Part shown: in pieces, positions 36,675 to 46,055 of the stretch
Layout: every line of letters begins with the position of its first letter
How positions within the stretch are numbered: position 1 is the stretch's first letter
NCBI GenBank assembly: GCA_038040485.1
Contig: JBBPIE010000036.1
Coordinates: 3,076 to 67,075, forward strand
From: Candidatus Onstottus arcticum
Lineage (GTDB): Bacteria > Acidobacteriota > Blastocatellia > UBA7656
Reading direction: 5' to 3'
Length of the DNA: 64,000 nt
Notes under the pieces: generated by a model
What the model saw: the letters and a program-made list of their open reading frames with translations, nothing else
Database searches by the model: none
What the model was told of the DNA's origin: nothing
Position numbers and translations under genes: made by a program

Positions 36675-37198
36675 ACACTCCCAGGAACGACGACAGCACG
36701 CCGGCGGCCGACCGCCGCCTATCAGCACTTCACGTCGCGTTGATCGAACCGGAGATCCCGCCGAACACCGGCAACATAGCCAGGCTCTGCGCGGCCACTT
36801 TTACGCCGTTGCACCTGGTAGGCAAGCTGGGGTTTAGAACCGACGACAAAGCGGTACGGCGAGCCGGGCTGGACTACTGGAACGACGTCGAGCTTCGGTA
36901 CCATTTGAATATCGAGGGGCTCTACGAAGCGCTGCCGGGATGCCGGTTCTTGTACTTCACAACAAAGGCCGAGCGCGCCTACACGGATTTTCAGTACGCG
37001 GTGAACGACTGTCTTGTGTTTGGGAGGGAGACTCGCGGTTTGCCTGACGACTTGCTGAGCGCAAACCGGGAGCGCTGTTTGACAATCCCGATGCCCAACA
37101 AGCGAGTGCGCTCACTAAATCTGGCGACATCCGTGGGGATTGCACTCTATGAAGCGCTAAGACATCTGTCCACGAATAACACGAATCATCGCAAATAG
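36671..37198 (+). CDS. trmL: tRNA (cytidine/uridine-34-2'-O)-methyltransferase
   Basis: PEIPPNTGNIARLCA, RRAGLDYW, FGRETRGLP, IPM...RSLNLA. Confidence 0.95.
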   Translation: MNTPRNDDSTPAADRRLSALHVALIEPEIPPNTGNIARLCAATFTPLHLVGKLGFRTDDKAVRRAGLDYWNDVELRYHLNIEGLYEALPGCRFLYFTTKAERAYTDFQYAVNDCLVFGRETRGLPDDLLSANRERCLTIPMPNKRVRSLNLATSVGIALYEALRHLSTNNTNHRK

Positions 37199-37328
37199 TC
37201 GCAGGTCACTCAAGCTCGGGTCTAGAACCGACAACGATGCCGGGCGCCGGCGCGCCGAGTTCGACTGCTGGAACGAAGTGAGCTTCCGACCATCTGAGCG
37301 CATTGGCGGAGATTAGTGTTATTCGCGG
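37170..37328 (+). repeat. Degenerate copy of an internal trmL segment enclosed by 18-bp imperfect inverted repeats
   Basis: 37211-37297 aligns to 36823-36908; IR arms CCACGAATAACACGAATC (37170-37187) and GATTAGTGTTATTCGCGG (37311-37328). Confidence 0.7.
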
Positions 37329-37340
37329 AGCCTAAGTAGC

Positions 37341-37380
37341 AAAAAAAGCGGGCCGACGACGCAGCGCGCGGTCGGCCCTC
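37341..37380 (-). terminator. Rho-independent terminator of the M48 gene
   Basis: GGGCCGAC...GTCGGCCC followed by GCTTTTTTT on the minus strand. Confidence 0.75.
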
Positions 37381-37418
37381 AGCTTACGGAGGAGTGATGA
37401 GAGAAAAACAGGAACAGG

Positions 37419-38516
37419 CTATGGTTTTTTGTCGGGCGGCTTACCGTCACCATCGCGCCGCTTCAAAGTAGGTTTCTCTTTGGGCTCTTCGGCGCCAGTG
37501 GTTTGAGTCTGGTCGTCTCCGCCTTCTTTCCGTCGTTTCAACGTAGGCCGGCCTTGCTTCGAGTCCCGGCCGCCCGCCTCCAGCGTCTTCGCGTTGGTCA
37601 GTGCGAGAAGTCGCCCTTTCACACGATTGAACTCCGACGTGCTGACGGTGTACTCGTCACGATCCGAGAACCTGCCCAGCAGGTCGCGCACTTTGACTAT
37701 GCGATCGGGCGTCGGCGGATGCGAGCCAAACAGCTTCGATAGAGTGCCCGGTTTCTTCTTTTCTTTCTTTTCGAGCTTCTCAAAGAAGCTGAGGAAGTTA
37801 TTCGGATCGTAGCCGGCAGCCCACAGATACTGGGCGCCCAGCTTGTCCGCTTCCGCCTCGGCTCCGCGGTTGAATTTCAAGAAGGTCAGAGGAACGCCGA
37901 TCTGCGCAGCTTGATAGGCGATGTATCCGAGCCCCCCGGTCATAAAGATCAACGGGATCATCGCGTAGTTCGCAAGCGTGGCCTTCGAAGCCTGCTCCAC
38001 GCCGTGGCGAGCCGCAACGTGCCCGATCTCGTGGGCCATCACTCCTGCCAGCTCGGCCTCCGTGTCCGCGGCAAGAATGCAGCCCTTGTTTACGTACAGA
38101 AACCCACCGGGCAGCGCGAAGGCGTTGACGTCGTCTGAGTCAAGCACCTTGATCGTAAAAGGAATCTTGGCGTCCGAGTGAAGCGCCAGGTTCTGCCCAA
38201 CACGATTTATGTATTCGGAGATCACCGGGTCGTCGATGAACTTGCCCTGCCGGTCAACGTCGGCGGCCAGCCCCCGCCCGATCCCAACTTCCTTTTCGAG
38301 TGAGTAGAAGTCGATCTGGTGTTTGTTGATGTTTCGTTTCCCGATCATCAGCGGATTTTCATCATCGGCAAGTTTTCCCTTGGGAGCGGGTGTGCCAGAT
38401 TGCGTAGCCGCCGGGTCTTGTTTGGTGGCCTTGTTGTCCTGTGCAAACAAGGTCGCGGGCGCCGCGATTAACGCCGCCAGAGTGAGAACAGTAACGCGCT
38501 TAAAGATTTTCTTCAT
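37419..38516 (-). CDS. M48 family metalloprotease, exported
   Basis: Signal peptide; NAFALPGG, ELAGVMAHEIGHV, E.EAD, SHP. Confidence 0.92.
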   Translation of the reverse strand: MKKIFKRVTVLTLAALIAAPATLFAQDNKATKQDPAATQSGTPAPKGKLADDENPLMIGKRNINKHQIDFYSLEKEVGIGRGLAADVDRQGKFIDDPVISEYINRVGQNLALHSDAKIPFTIKVLDSDDVNAFALPGGFLYVNKGCILAADTEAELAGVMAHEIGHVAARHGVEQASKATLANYAMIPLIFMTGGLGYIAYQAAQIGVPLTFLKFNRGAEAEADKLGAQYLWAAGYDPNNFLSFFEKLEKKEKKKPGTLSKLFGSHPPTPDRIVKVRDLLGRFSDRDEYTVSTSEFNRVKGRLLALTNAKTLEAGGRDSKQGRPTLKRRKEGGDDQTQTTGAEEPKEKPTLKRRDGDGKPPDKKP

Positions 38517-38680
38517 TCTGCAAACTCCTGGTTGAATAAGACGGCAGCGGCTTGGAATTCGTCCGCACGGGACGCGCTGATGCTCATGCTTGCCCGCCTT
38601 GTGGGATTATACCGATCACTCATTAGAGGCCGGTTAGATGCCAATTATAAATCGCTAATTTCTTGGAGCAAAGATCGCGG

Positions 38681-40051
38681 CTACTTCCTGGAACCGGCTG
38701 CCCTGTTTTTGTGATCATCGATGACGAAGTGGCCGCGTATCAAGTCGACCCCGATCGACGCGCCGTGCGGCGGGCGCAGCGTCAGCGATGGGTTCGATAT
38801 TGCTTCGAGCCACGGGCGGCGGTTTCCGGTGAGTATCAAGAAAGCCTTCTCGCTGCTCCAAAATGGAGTCGCCTGGAGTGGTCCGGCCGCCGCGACGATT
38901 CGGCTTGGCGCGATCTCGAGGTTTCCGGTCCGGATCCTTGGAACCTCCGAATCAAATCCCAGCAGCGAAGTCTCTGCAAGCGACGCGAAGTCGCAGGGGT
39001 AAGGCGGCCTTTCGTTGAGGTCGGCAAGCGCGGTTCCCAGCTTTTGAAACAACTCGAGCGCGCCCTTGCCGGCCATGTCAGCCAGCTCCGTCAGATAAGC
39101 GGCAAGCGAAAGCTCGTGCTCGCCTTCAAGATATATGGCCGTCGAGTTCGAACCCTGGTGAATTGCTCGCAGCGTGACGTCGGACTCAGTCGGACGCGCG
39201 GAGCGGAACGCGCAAAGATGTGAAAGCAGCACCGCCAGCACGTCGTCGGTCACGCGGCCTTCAACCAGAATCTGGGCGATCGGTTTCCCAAGGATTCCGA
39301 TAAACACTTCCTGCAACGAAGCTCGTTCTTCCTCCCCCTCCTCGGAAGAGATGTCCACCCATTCAGCCCACGCATCTGCAAGCTTTACTCCCGGAAAGCG
39401 CGCATCGTGCAACTTCGCGCCCGTCAAGTTGCAGCCGCTCAGATCAACACCGGCCAGCTCCGCGCCACGCAAATTGCAGTCGGCCAGGGAGCTGGCCGAG
39501 AGGTTGGCGCCCGTAAGGTTTGCGCTGACCAGCGAGCAGCCGTCGAGCCGGACGCCCGATAGGTCGGTGTACGAGAGGTCTGCGCCATCCAGCGTCGCGC
39601 CGGTCAGGTTGCTCCCAGCCATTTGGGCCATCCTGATGTAGGCGCCCGACAAGTTCGCGCCGCTCAAGTCCGTTTCATTTAAGAAAGTGCCAACCATGAA
39701 CGCGCCGCTTAGCAATGCGCCTCGGAGGTCGGCTCCGGTCATGTCCGCCGCGCTCAGATCCGCGCGGCTTAAGTCGGCGTTGTTCAGCACGGTTCCTATC
39801 ATGCTCGACTCGACCAGGTTCGCGCCCATCAGCATGGCTTCGGTGAGGATCGCCCCGCTCAGAAAGCACCCGGTCAGCCGCGCTTCTCTCAAGTCTGCGC
39901 GAGAGAGTTCGGCCATCCGCAGATTCGCCTCAGCCAGGTCGGCGTGCGCCAGGTCCATCGCCGAAAGATCGGTCCTGACCAGGTTCACTCCGCGAAGACT
40001 CTCACCACAAGCGATGCGGTCAAGGATCTCGCCTCTCGATAGCTGCGGCAT
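38681..40051 (-). CDS. Pentapeptide-repeat protein with unknown C-terminal domain
   Basis: About 220 aa of A(D/N)Lxx repeats followed by a non-repetitive ~220-aa region. Confidence 0.88.
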   Translation of the reverse strand: MPQLSRGEILDRIACGESLRGVNLVRTDLSAMDLAHADLAEANLRMAELSRADLREARLTGCFLSGAILTEAMLMGANLVESSMIGTVLNNADLSRADLSAADMTGADLRGALLSGAFMVGTFLNETDLSGANLSGAYIRMAQMAGSNLTGATLDGADLSYTDLSGVRLDGCSLVSANLTGANLSASSLADCNLRGAELAGVDLSGCNLTGAKLHDARFPGVKLADAWAEWVDISSEEGEEERASLQEVFIGILGKPIAQILVEGRVTDDVLAVLLSHLCAFRSARPTESDVTLRAIHQGSNSTAIYLEGEHELSLAAYLTELADMAGKGALELFQKLGTALADLNERPPYPCDFASLAETSLLGFDSEVPRIRTGNLEIAPSRIVAAAGPLQATPFWSSEKAFLILTGNRRPWLEAISNPSLTLRPPHGASIGVDLIRGHFVIDDHKNRAAGSRK

Positions 40052-40214
40052 TATTGTCTCAAGGTGGATAGGAACGCGAAGGGGCCGCGGATTCTCATCG
40101 AACTCATTGGCGAAGACGACAAGAAGATGTGGGACGCCGTCTGCCAGACTATGTTAGCCGTTGGGGGCGAGTGAGTAAATACTATTCTCAAACTCAAGGA
40201 GCGGCCGTTGATCA

Positions 40215-40877
40215 TCAGCAGCCGGGGGCGCGGCTTATTCCCGCTTTGAGCCGAGCCAATTCCTGAATCTCCTCGGCAAGCTCGAGCGTGCGCTGCGACG
40301 CTTGTCGCGCGAGATGTTGCTCGTCTTCCGTCAACTCGTAGCGCGCCAGCAAAGATCGGCCCAGCAAGTGATGATGCTGCTCGTCGGGCTGGATGTGGTT
40401 GCGATACAACGCAGCCGTCTCATGGTCACCGCGCTCCTCGCAAAACTCGATAAAGCGTTCATTCCGAACCAGAGCGATGCCCTCTCTCGTGAATTGCGCG
40501 GCTGCAACGCGAGCGACTGTGCTCTGCAGTTGATGCAAGTACTCAAACAGTCCCGAGTAGCCTCCCTCGCGCGGGTCGATCTTCGACGCGTCGACACCAA
40601 GACTTGCCAGCCGCTCTGAAATGAGCCGGTAGTGCCTCGCCTCGTCGCCCACCTGGCGCGCAAAAGCGAGCTTCACATCGAGTTCCGAAGTCGTAGAAAT
40701 CCACAAGGCCGCAATCTCGCTGGCTTCAAGCTCGTTCTTGAGCGCAACTCGAAGCAACCGCTCGACCGTTAGTGTTTCGGGTGCTTCACCCGCGGCGCTT
40801 AACTCGCCGAGCCGGTCGAGAGTTCGGCGATTCTCTTCTTCCAACGCCGCAACAAACGCTTCGCCTGTTATTGCCAT
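40215..40877 (-). CDS. Ferritin-like di-iron domain protein
   Basis: E...DEARH ... E ... DEQHH paired ExxH motifs. Confidence 0.8.
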   Translation of the reverse strand: MAITGEAFVAALEEENRRTLDRLGELSAAGEAPETLTVERLLRVALKNELEASEIAALWISTTSELDVKLAFARQVGDEARHYRLISERLASLGVDASKIDPREGGYSGLFEYLHQLQSTVARVAAAQFTREGIALVRNERFIEFCEERGDHETAALYRNHIQPDEQHHHLLGRSLLARYELTEDEQHLARQASQRTLELAEEIQELARLKAGISRAPGC

Positions 40878-40973
40878 GTCAATCCCCGTCCACCATTATC
40901 CAACTAACTCGGCAGATTATAGCAATAACCACAGCAGCGGCGAACTCAACACCCTACTCGCTGATCGCCCGAT

Positions 40974-41003
40974 TTGACGCGCACTTCGACCATCCCCTAG
41001 AAT
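40974..41003 (+). promoter_or_regulatory. Candidate sigma70 promoter for secA
   Basis: TTGACG-18 bp-TAGAAT. Confidence 0.45.
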
Positions 41004-41181
41004 TCATCGTGGTATCGCCGCCTAATGTGAACGTTGACTGTGAGCGCAGTCAACCAAAACCGACGCAGCCTGTTGCCGGGGCACGCTGGCTTTGAGCGGC
41101 GAGCCGAGGGAACGGGCTCAATTAATTTGTGGAGGGGTTGGTGTCAGGGCGTAACAAGACCAGAACCAGAGAAAAGCAGAT

Positions 41182-44043
41182 ATGACCGTAATATTCAATA
41201 AAGTAGCAACAAAGATATTCGGGAGCGCGAACGAGCGACTGCTCAAGCGACTGTGGCCCGTGGTCGCGGAGATCAACGCACTCGAGCCGGAAATGCAGCG
41301 CTTGTCGGATGACGAGTTGCGCGAACGCACTGTCAGATTTCGAGAGCAAGTCGAGAAGCGAATGTCAGGCGCGGAGCTGGCCGGTGGCACGCCCGAAGAA
41401 CAAAAGAAAGCGCTGCGGGGGGCGATTGACGAGGCTCTCGACGAAGTGCTCGTCGAAGCATTCGCCGTCGTTCGCGAAGCTTCCGTCCGTTCCACAGGCA
41501 TGCGCCACTTCGACGTTCAGTTGATCGGCGGCATGGTATTGCATCGGGGAATGATCGCCGAGATGAGAACCGGCGAAGGTAAGACGCTGGCCGCAACGCT
41601 GCCGGCTTACCTCAACGCTCTCTCCGGACGCGGCGTTCACGTGGTCACCGTCAACGACTACCTCGCCAAACGCGACACCGAGTGGATGGGCAAAATCTAT
41701 CGCTTCCTCGGCCTGACTGTCGGCTGCATACAGCACGACATGGACGATCAGGAACGGAAAGAAGCATACGGCGAGGACATCACCTACGGAACCAACAACG
41801 AGTTCGGCTTCGATTACCTCCGCGACAACATGAAGTTCGAACCGTCAGCGATGGTGCAACGCGGTCACTACTACGCGATCGTCGACGAAGTTGACTCGAT
41901 CCTCATCGATGAAGCCCGAACTCCGTTGATCATCTCGGGAGCGTCCGAAGAATCGACCGAAAAGTACTACCTGGCGAACGACTGCATGATCAAGCTCAAA
42001 GGCGCGCAGCAGAAGCGCGTTGCGGAGCTCAAGGGAGCTAACGGCGACATCGATCTCAAACAAGACCCGCGGTTGGTATACCACCTCGACGAAAGACAAC
42101 ATTCGGCCTCGCTCACCGAAGAGGGAGTCGAAGAAGCAGAGCGGTTGAGCGGGGTGAGCAACCTCTACGACCCCGCAAACATGGAGTTGCTGCATTGCAT
42201 CGAGCAGTCGCTCAAGGCTCACACGCTTTACCACCTCGACAAACAGTACATCGTCAAGGACGGCGAGGTGATCATCGTCGACGAATTCACCGGGCGCGTT
42301 ATGCCTGGCCGCCGCTGGAGCGATGGTTTGCATCAGGCGGTCGAATCTAAAGAGGGCGTAAAGATCGAAGCCGAGAACCAGACCCTCGCAACTGTCACCC
42401 TTCAGAATTACTTCCGAATGTACGTCAAGCTCGCGGGCATGACCGGAACCGCCGAGACCGAAGCTTCGGAATTCGCGAACATCTACAAGCTCGATGTCGC
42501 CGTCATTCCGACCAACCAGGAGATGATTCGCAAGGACCACTCCGATGTGATCTATAGAACCGAGCGCGAAAAGTGGGACGCGGTGGCGAAAGAGATCAAG
42601 GAGCTTCACGAGAAGGGTCAGCCGGTTCTTGTGGGCACAGTGTCGGTCGAGAATTCTGAGAACGTGTCCGCGCAGCTCAAGAAGCTGCGAGTTCCCCACA
42701 ACGTGCTGAATGCCAAGCCCGAGCACGCGGGCCGCGAAGCCGACACAGTTGCGCAAGCCGGCCGCAAGGCGCAGGTCACGATAGCCACGAACATGGCTGG
42801 CCGCGGGACTGACATCTTGCTGGGCGGCAACCCCGAGTTCCTGGCCAGGCACTATCTCAAAGAAAAGGAAATCAACCCCGACGAAGCCACCGAGCAGCAG
42901 TGGCAGGACGCGCTCACTCGCGCGAAGCGGGTCACCGACGCCGAACACGAGGAAGTCGTCGACTGCGGCGGCCTGCACATACTTGGGACGGAGCGGCACG
43001 AGTCGCGTCGCATCGACAACCAGCTCCGAGGACGCTCGGGGCGGCAGGGTGATCCGGGCTCGTCGCGGTTTTATCTTTCGCTCGAAGACGATCTGATGCG
43101 CATCTTCGGCGGCGAGCGAATCAAGGGCTTGATGTTGCGGCTTGGTATGGAAGAAGGCGTTCCGATCGAGTCGCGGCTTGTCTCAAAGCGAATCGAAGGC
43201 GCGCAGAAGTCGGTCGAAGGTCACAACTTCTCGATCCGCAAACACCTGCTCGAGTACGACGACGTGATGAACAAGCAGCGTGAAGCTGTCTACAGCATCC
43301 GCCGTCAGCTTTTGATCGGCTTCGAGGGCGAGTCTTCGGAAGAGCAAAACGCAAACCAGCGCGAATACATTCTCGGCATCGCCGAAGGCATCTTCGACTC
43401 TCTAGTCGATCAGTTCATGCAAAAGGATCAGCGTCCCGACGAATGGGACATGACCGGATTGAGAGAACAGCTTCGGCTTGTCTTCAGTTTTGATCCCGAA
43501 CACGAAGGCGTGCGGCTTGGCGAGATCGGTCCGGTCGAAGCCCGCGAGGCGCTGTGGCCCAGGCTCGAAGCAAAGTACTCCGACAAGGAAGTTCAGCTTG
43601 GCGTCGAGGCGATGCGCAACCTCGAACGCTACATCATGCTGAACATCGTGGACGCGCAATGGAAAGACCACTTGCTGGCGCTCGATCACTTGAAAGAGGG
43701 CATCAGCTTGCGGGGCTACGGGCAGAAGGACCCGCTGGTCGAGTACAAACGCGAGTCTTACCACTTGTTCGAAGCGATGCTCGATCGCATCGACACCGAG
43801 ACAGTCCGTTACCTGTTCAACTTTCAAGTGCAGGTGAGCGAGCCGGTAGAACAACAGCTACTCGAGCGCCGCCGCCGCCAGCGCCGCGGACGGGTCGCCT
43901 TCACCAAGGCTAACGAGACAGCGTTTGCGGGAGGCGAAGAGGAAACCGCAAAGCCGATTCGCAACAAAGGCCCTCGCGTCGGCCGCAACGACCCGTGCCC
44001 TTGCGGATCAGGGAAGAAGTACAAGAGATGCTGCGGCGCGTAG
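41182..44043 (+). CDS. secA: Protein translocase subunit SecA
   Basis: [73 protein letters not shown]. Confidence 0.99.
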   Translation: MTVIFNKVATKIFGSANERLLKRLWPVVAEINALEPEMQRLSDDELRERTVRFREQVEKRMSGAELAGGTPEEQKKALRGAIDEALDEVLVEAFAVVREASVRSTGMRHFDVQLIGGMVLHRGMIAEMRTGEGKTLAATLPAYLNALSGRGVHVVTVNDYLAKRDTEWMGKIYRFLGLTVGCIQHDMDDQERKEAYGEDITYGTNNEFGFDYLRDNMKFEPSAMVQRGHYYAIVDEVDSILIDEARTPLIISGASEESTEKYYLANDCMIKLKGAQQKRVAELKGANGDIDLKQDPRLVYHLDERQHSASLTEEGVEEAERLSGVSNLYDPANMELLHCIEQSLKAHTLYHLDKQYIVKDGEVIIVDEFTGRVMPGRRWSDGLHQAVESKEGVKIEAENQTLATVTLQNYFRMYVKLAGMTGTAETEASEFANIYKLDVAVIPTNQEMIRKDHSDVIYRTEREKWDAVAKEIKELHEKGQPVLVGTVSVENSENVSAQLKKLRVPHNVLNAKPEHAGREADTVAQAGRKAQVTIATNMAGRGTDILLGGNPEFLARHYLKEKEINPDEATEQQWQDALTRAKRVTDAEHEEVVDCGGLHILGTERHESRRIDNQLRGRSGRQGDPGSSRFYLSLEDDLMRIFGGERIKGLMLRLGMEEGVPIESRLVSKRIEGAQKSVEGHNFSIRKHLLEYDDVMNKQREAVYSIRRQLLIGFEGESSEEQNANQREYILGIAEGIFDSLVDQFMQKDQRPDEWDMTGLREQLRLVFSFDPEHEGVRLGEIGPVEAREALWPRLEAKYSDKEVQLGVEAMRNLERYIMLNIVDAQWKDHLLALDHLKEGISLRGYGQKDPLVEYKRESYHLFEAMLDRIDTETVRYLFNFQVQVSEPVEQQLLERRRRQRRGRVAFTKANETAFAGGEEETAKPIRNKGPRVGRNDPCPCGSGKKYKRCCGA

Positions 44044-44091
44044 CAGTAGATTTGCCCGCGCTGAGCGGGCTTGATGGAAACAGCTACCGCG

Positions 44092-44670
44092 TCAGTTACC
44101 CGACGAGGCCCGCGCGATCAATGCCACTACATCCTCCGGACAACGGCTCTTGATTCGCTGCCAGTTTGAGATGGACTCGGCCATCAGCTTCTTGCGTCCT
44201 TCGTGAGGATACTTCAAGGTTTGCCGAAGAACCACGAGTTGTTTGAAGTATGTGTCTTTGACGTTTGCATCTGCCCGAATCTCGTTCCATCTCCAATCAG
44301 CCGGAAGCGACAGACCTGCAAGAATGAAGACCTCGACTTCTTGCCAGGCAACTTCCGCGAGGAACCGTCGCGCTTGTGGTAGCAACTCGATAGACAGGGT
44401 ACTCTCGATCTGATCGGTGCGTTGTTTTCGTCCTGCATTGCCATCGCGGTCAACAACGAGAATAAAGAGGTTTACCATTGGGTAAAGCGCTATTACCTCT
44501 CGAAGCGCTGAGATGTTCAGAGCGGCTTGCACTCCCTGGAAGTTCGGATTTCTGCAAACCTGCACCTGCGCCTTGCGACCGCAATCTCGCATGATTCGGT
44601 CAATAAGCGGCTTGAGTATGTGCTCGTCTTTCGTGAAGTCTTCCGGGATGACCAACACGTTGAAACTCAT
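44092..44670 (-). CDS. TOPRIM-like (DUF4276/RloB-like) protein
   Basis: VLVIPED, LVVDRD, EVEVFIL acidic motifs; ATGA-coupled to the ATPase. Confidence 0.6.
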   Translation of the reverse strand: MSFNVLVIPEDFTKDEHILKPLIDRIMRDCGRKAQVQVCRNPNFQGVQAALNISALREVIALYPMVNLFILVVDRDGNAGRKQRTDQIESTLSIELLPQARRFLAEVAWQEVEVFILAGLSLPADWRWNEIRADANVKDTYFKQLVVLRQTLKYPHEGRKKLMAESISNWQRIKSRCPEDVVALIARASSGN

Positions 44671-45926
44671 TGCTGGTTTTCCGCCTCAAGAAACGCGGCC
44701 ACATCCTCAAACCATCCTGAACTCAGCAAGTCGCCCGCTCTCGTCCCCGCCGGGGTCTGCCCCAGAGCTTTGATTTCACCGAGCCGTGCAATCTTCGAAA
44801 CGGGTCCGACCCGGTAGACCAGCGACGCGTTCTTTAATGCATCCTCGTCCAAATAGTTCAGCAGTGCGGGGGAGTGGGTAGTCCCAACGACCTGTACCCC
44901 GCCATTGCTAGTCGCCGTTTGCAACAAATTGATCAAGAGGTGAGCTCGGTTGGGGTGAATGCCGTTCTCGATTTCTTCGAAAAAGTAGAAGCGTGCCGGC
45001 TCCGTTCCAAGAACGGCGGCGGCAAACGCCAGGAATCGCAACGTTCCGTCGCTTGCACTTTCGGCAGAGATTTCGCGGCCCCCGTGTTCGACCAGTTGCA
45101 ATTGAATCTTGCCTTCAAGGCTAACCTCTGGGAATTTCAAATCCACGACGTCCAAGGGTGTCAACTCCCTGGTCCATTCGATAAGTGATTCCTTTGCGGT
45201 CGCATCCGCACAAATGGCTTGCAGGACTGACGACAGATTCTCGCCCTTGTCGCCGAGCTCGGTCTGGCCCGGAATTGATGGGCGCCGAAGTGGGTTGGGG
45301 TCAAGCTCCAAGAACCGCACTGAGCGAATCGTCCGGAGAAAGGCTCTGCAATGCTTCGGGATATCGAAAGTGTCGTCGTACGACAGAGGCAGGATCGTCG
45401 GCTGCTCGTTACCTACGGACACTTCTGCAGAGTTAATTGGGATGGAGACCAGCACGTGCCTCGGGCCAGCTGGACCGATTGTCTCAAAGACTAACGACCC
45501 AGACAGGCTAAGCGACTCGCGGACGACGAAGGGCGCTTGGCTTCTGTCCCCGACATCAACAGTGATTGAGTAGTCAGCCGTGCCACCTCCGTCCACGTCC
45601 TCGAGGTTGGTTTGTACAGAGATCGTAAACTGAGTGTCGAACAAATCCCCGTTTCGCGTTACGGTCTCACGCACACCGCCGCGAATGCCCTCCCATTGAA
45701 TCGCACCGCCGACATACTTCTCACCTATGATCTCGCTTAGCGAATATCCGCGAGAGATTCCATGAATGAACCGCAGTCCATCCCGAATGTTGCTCTTGCC
45801 GCTCGCGTTTGTTCCGATGATCAAACTCAGTCCGCCGAAATCTATCGAGGCGCCCTCCCACTGGCCCTCGTGACCTTTCGGCTCGGAAAAGCTCTTAAAG
45901 TTCTTGAGAGTCAATCTCTGGATCAT
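44667..45926 (-). CDS. ABC/AAA_21-type ATPase
   Basis: LTLKNFKSF, Walker A GTNASGKS, signature ASDGTLRF, Walker B FEEIENGIHP, TTHSP. Confidence 0.9.
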   Translation of the reverse strand: MIQRLTLKNFKSFSEPKGHEGQWEGASIDFGGLSLIIGTNASGKSNIRDGLRFIHGISRGYSLSEIIGEKYVGGAIQWEGIRGGVRETVTRNGDLFDTQFTISVQTNLEDVDGGGTADYSITVDVGDRSQAPFVVRESLSLSGSLVFETIGPAGPRHVLVSIPINSAEVSVGNEQPTILPLSYDDTFDIPKHCRAFLRTIRSVRFLELDPNPLRRPSIPGQTELGDKGENLSSVLQAICADATAKESLIEWTRELTPLDVVDLKFPEVSLEGKIQLQLVEHGGREISAESASDGTLRFLAFAAAVLGTEPARFYFFEEIENGIHPNRAHLLINLLQTATSNGGVQVVGTTHSPALLNYLDEDALKNASLVYRVGPVSKIARLGEIKALGQTPAGTRAGDLLSSGWFEDVAAFLEAENQQ

Positions 45927-46055
45927 TTTGCTGAAGCCTTCTCAAATCGGATCGGCAAGCTTAGCTTTACTAAGACATGTTCAGCAACCGTAGACCATTC
46001 TCATCAACCTCATCCCACACCATCACAAGAAAACTGATCACCACAAACAGTCGGT

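Noticed and set aside
36823-37297. trmL duplicate as a DGR template/variable repeat pair
   Set aside because: Differences are not adenine-specific, include indels, and there is no reverse transcriptase in the window.
41845-42999. 384-aa ORF antisense to secA
   Set aside because: Shadow ORF arising from high-GC codon bias; no independent motifs.
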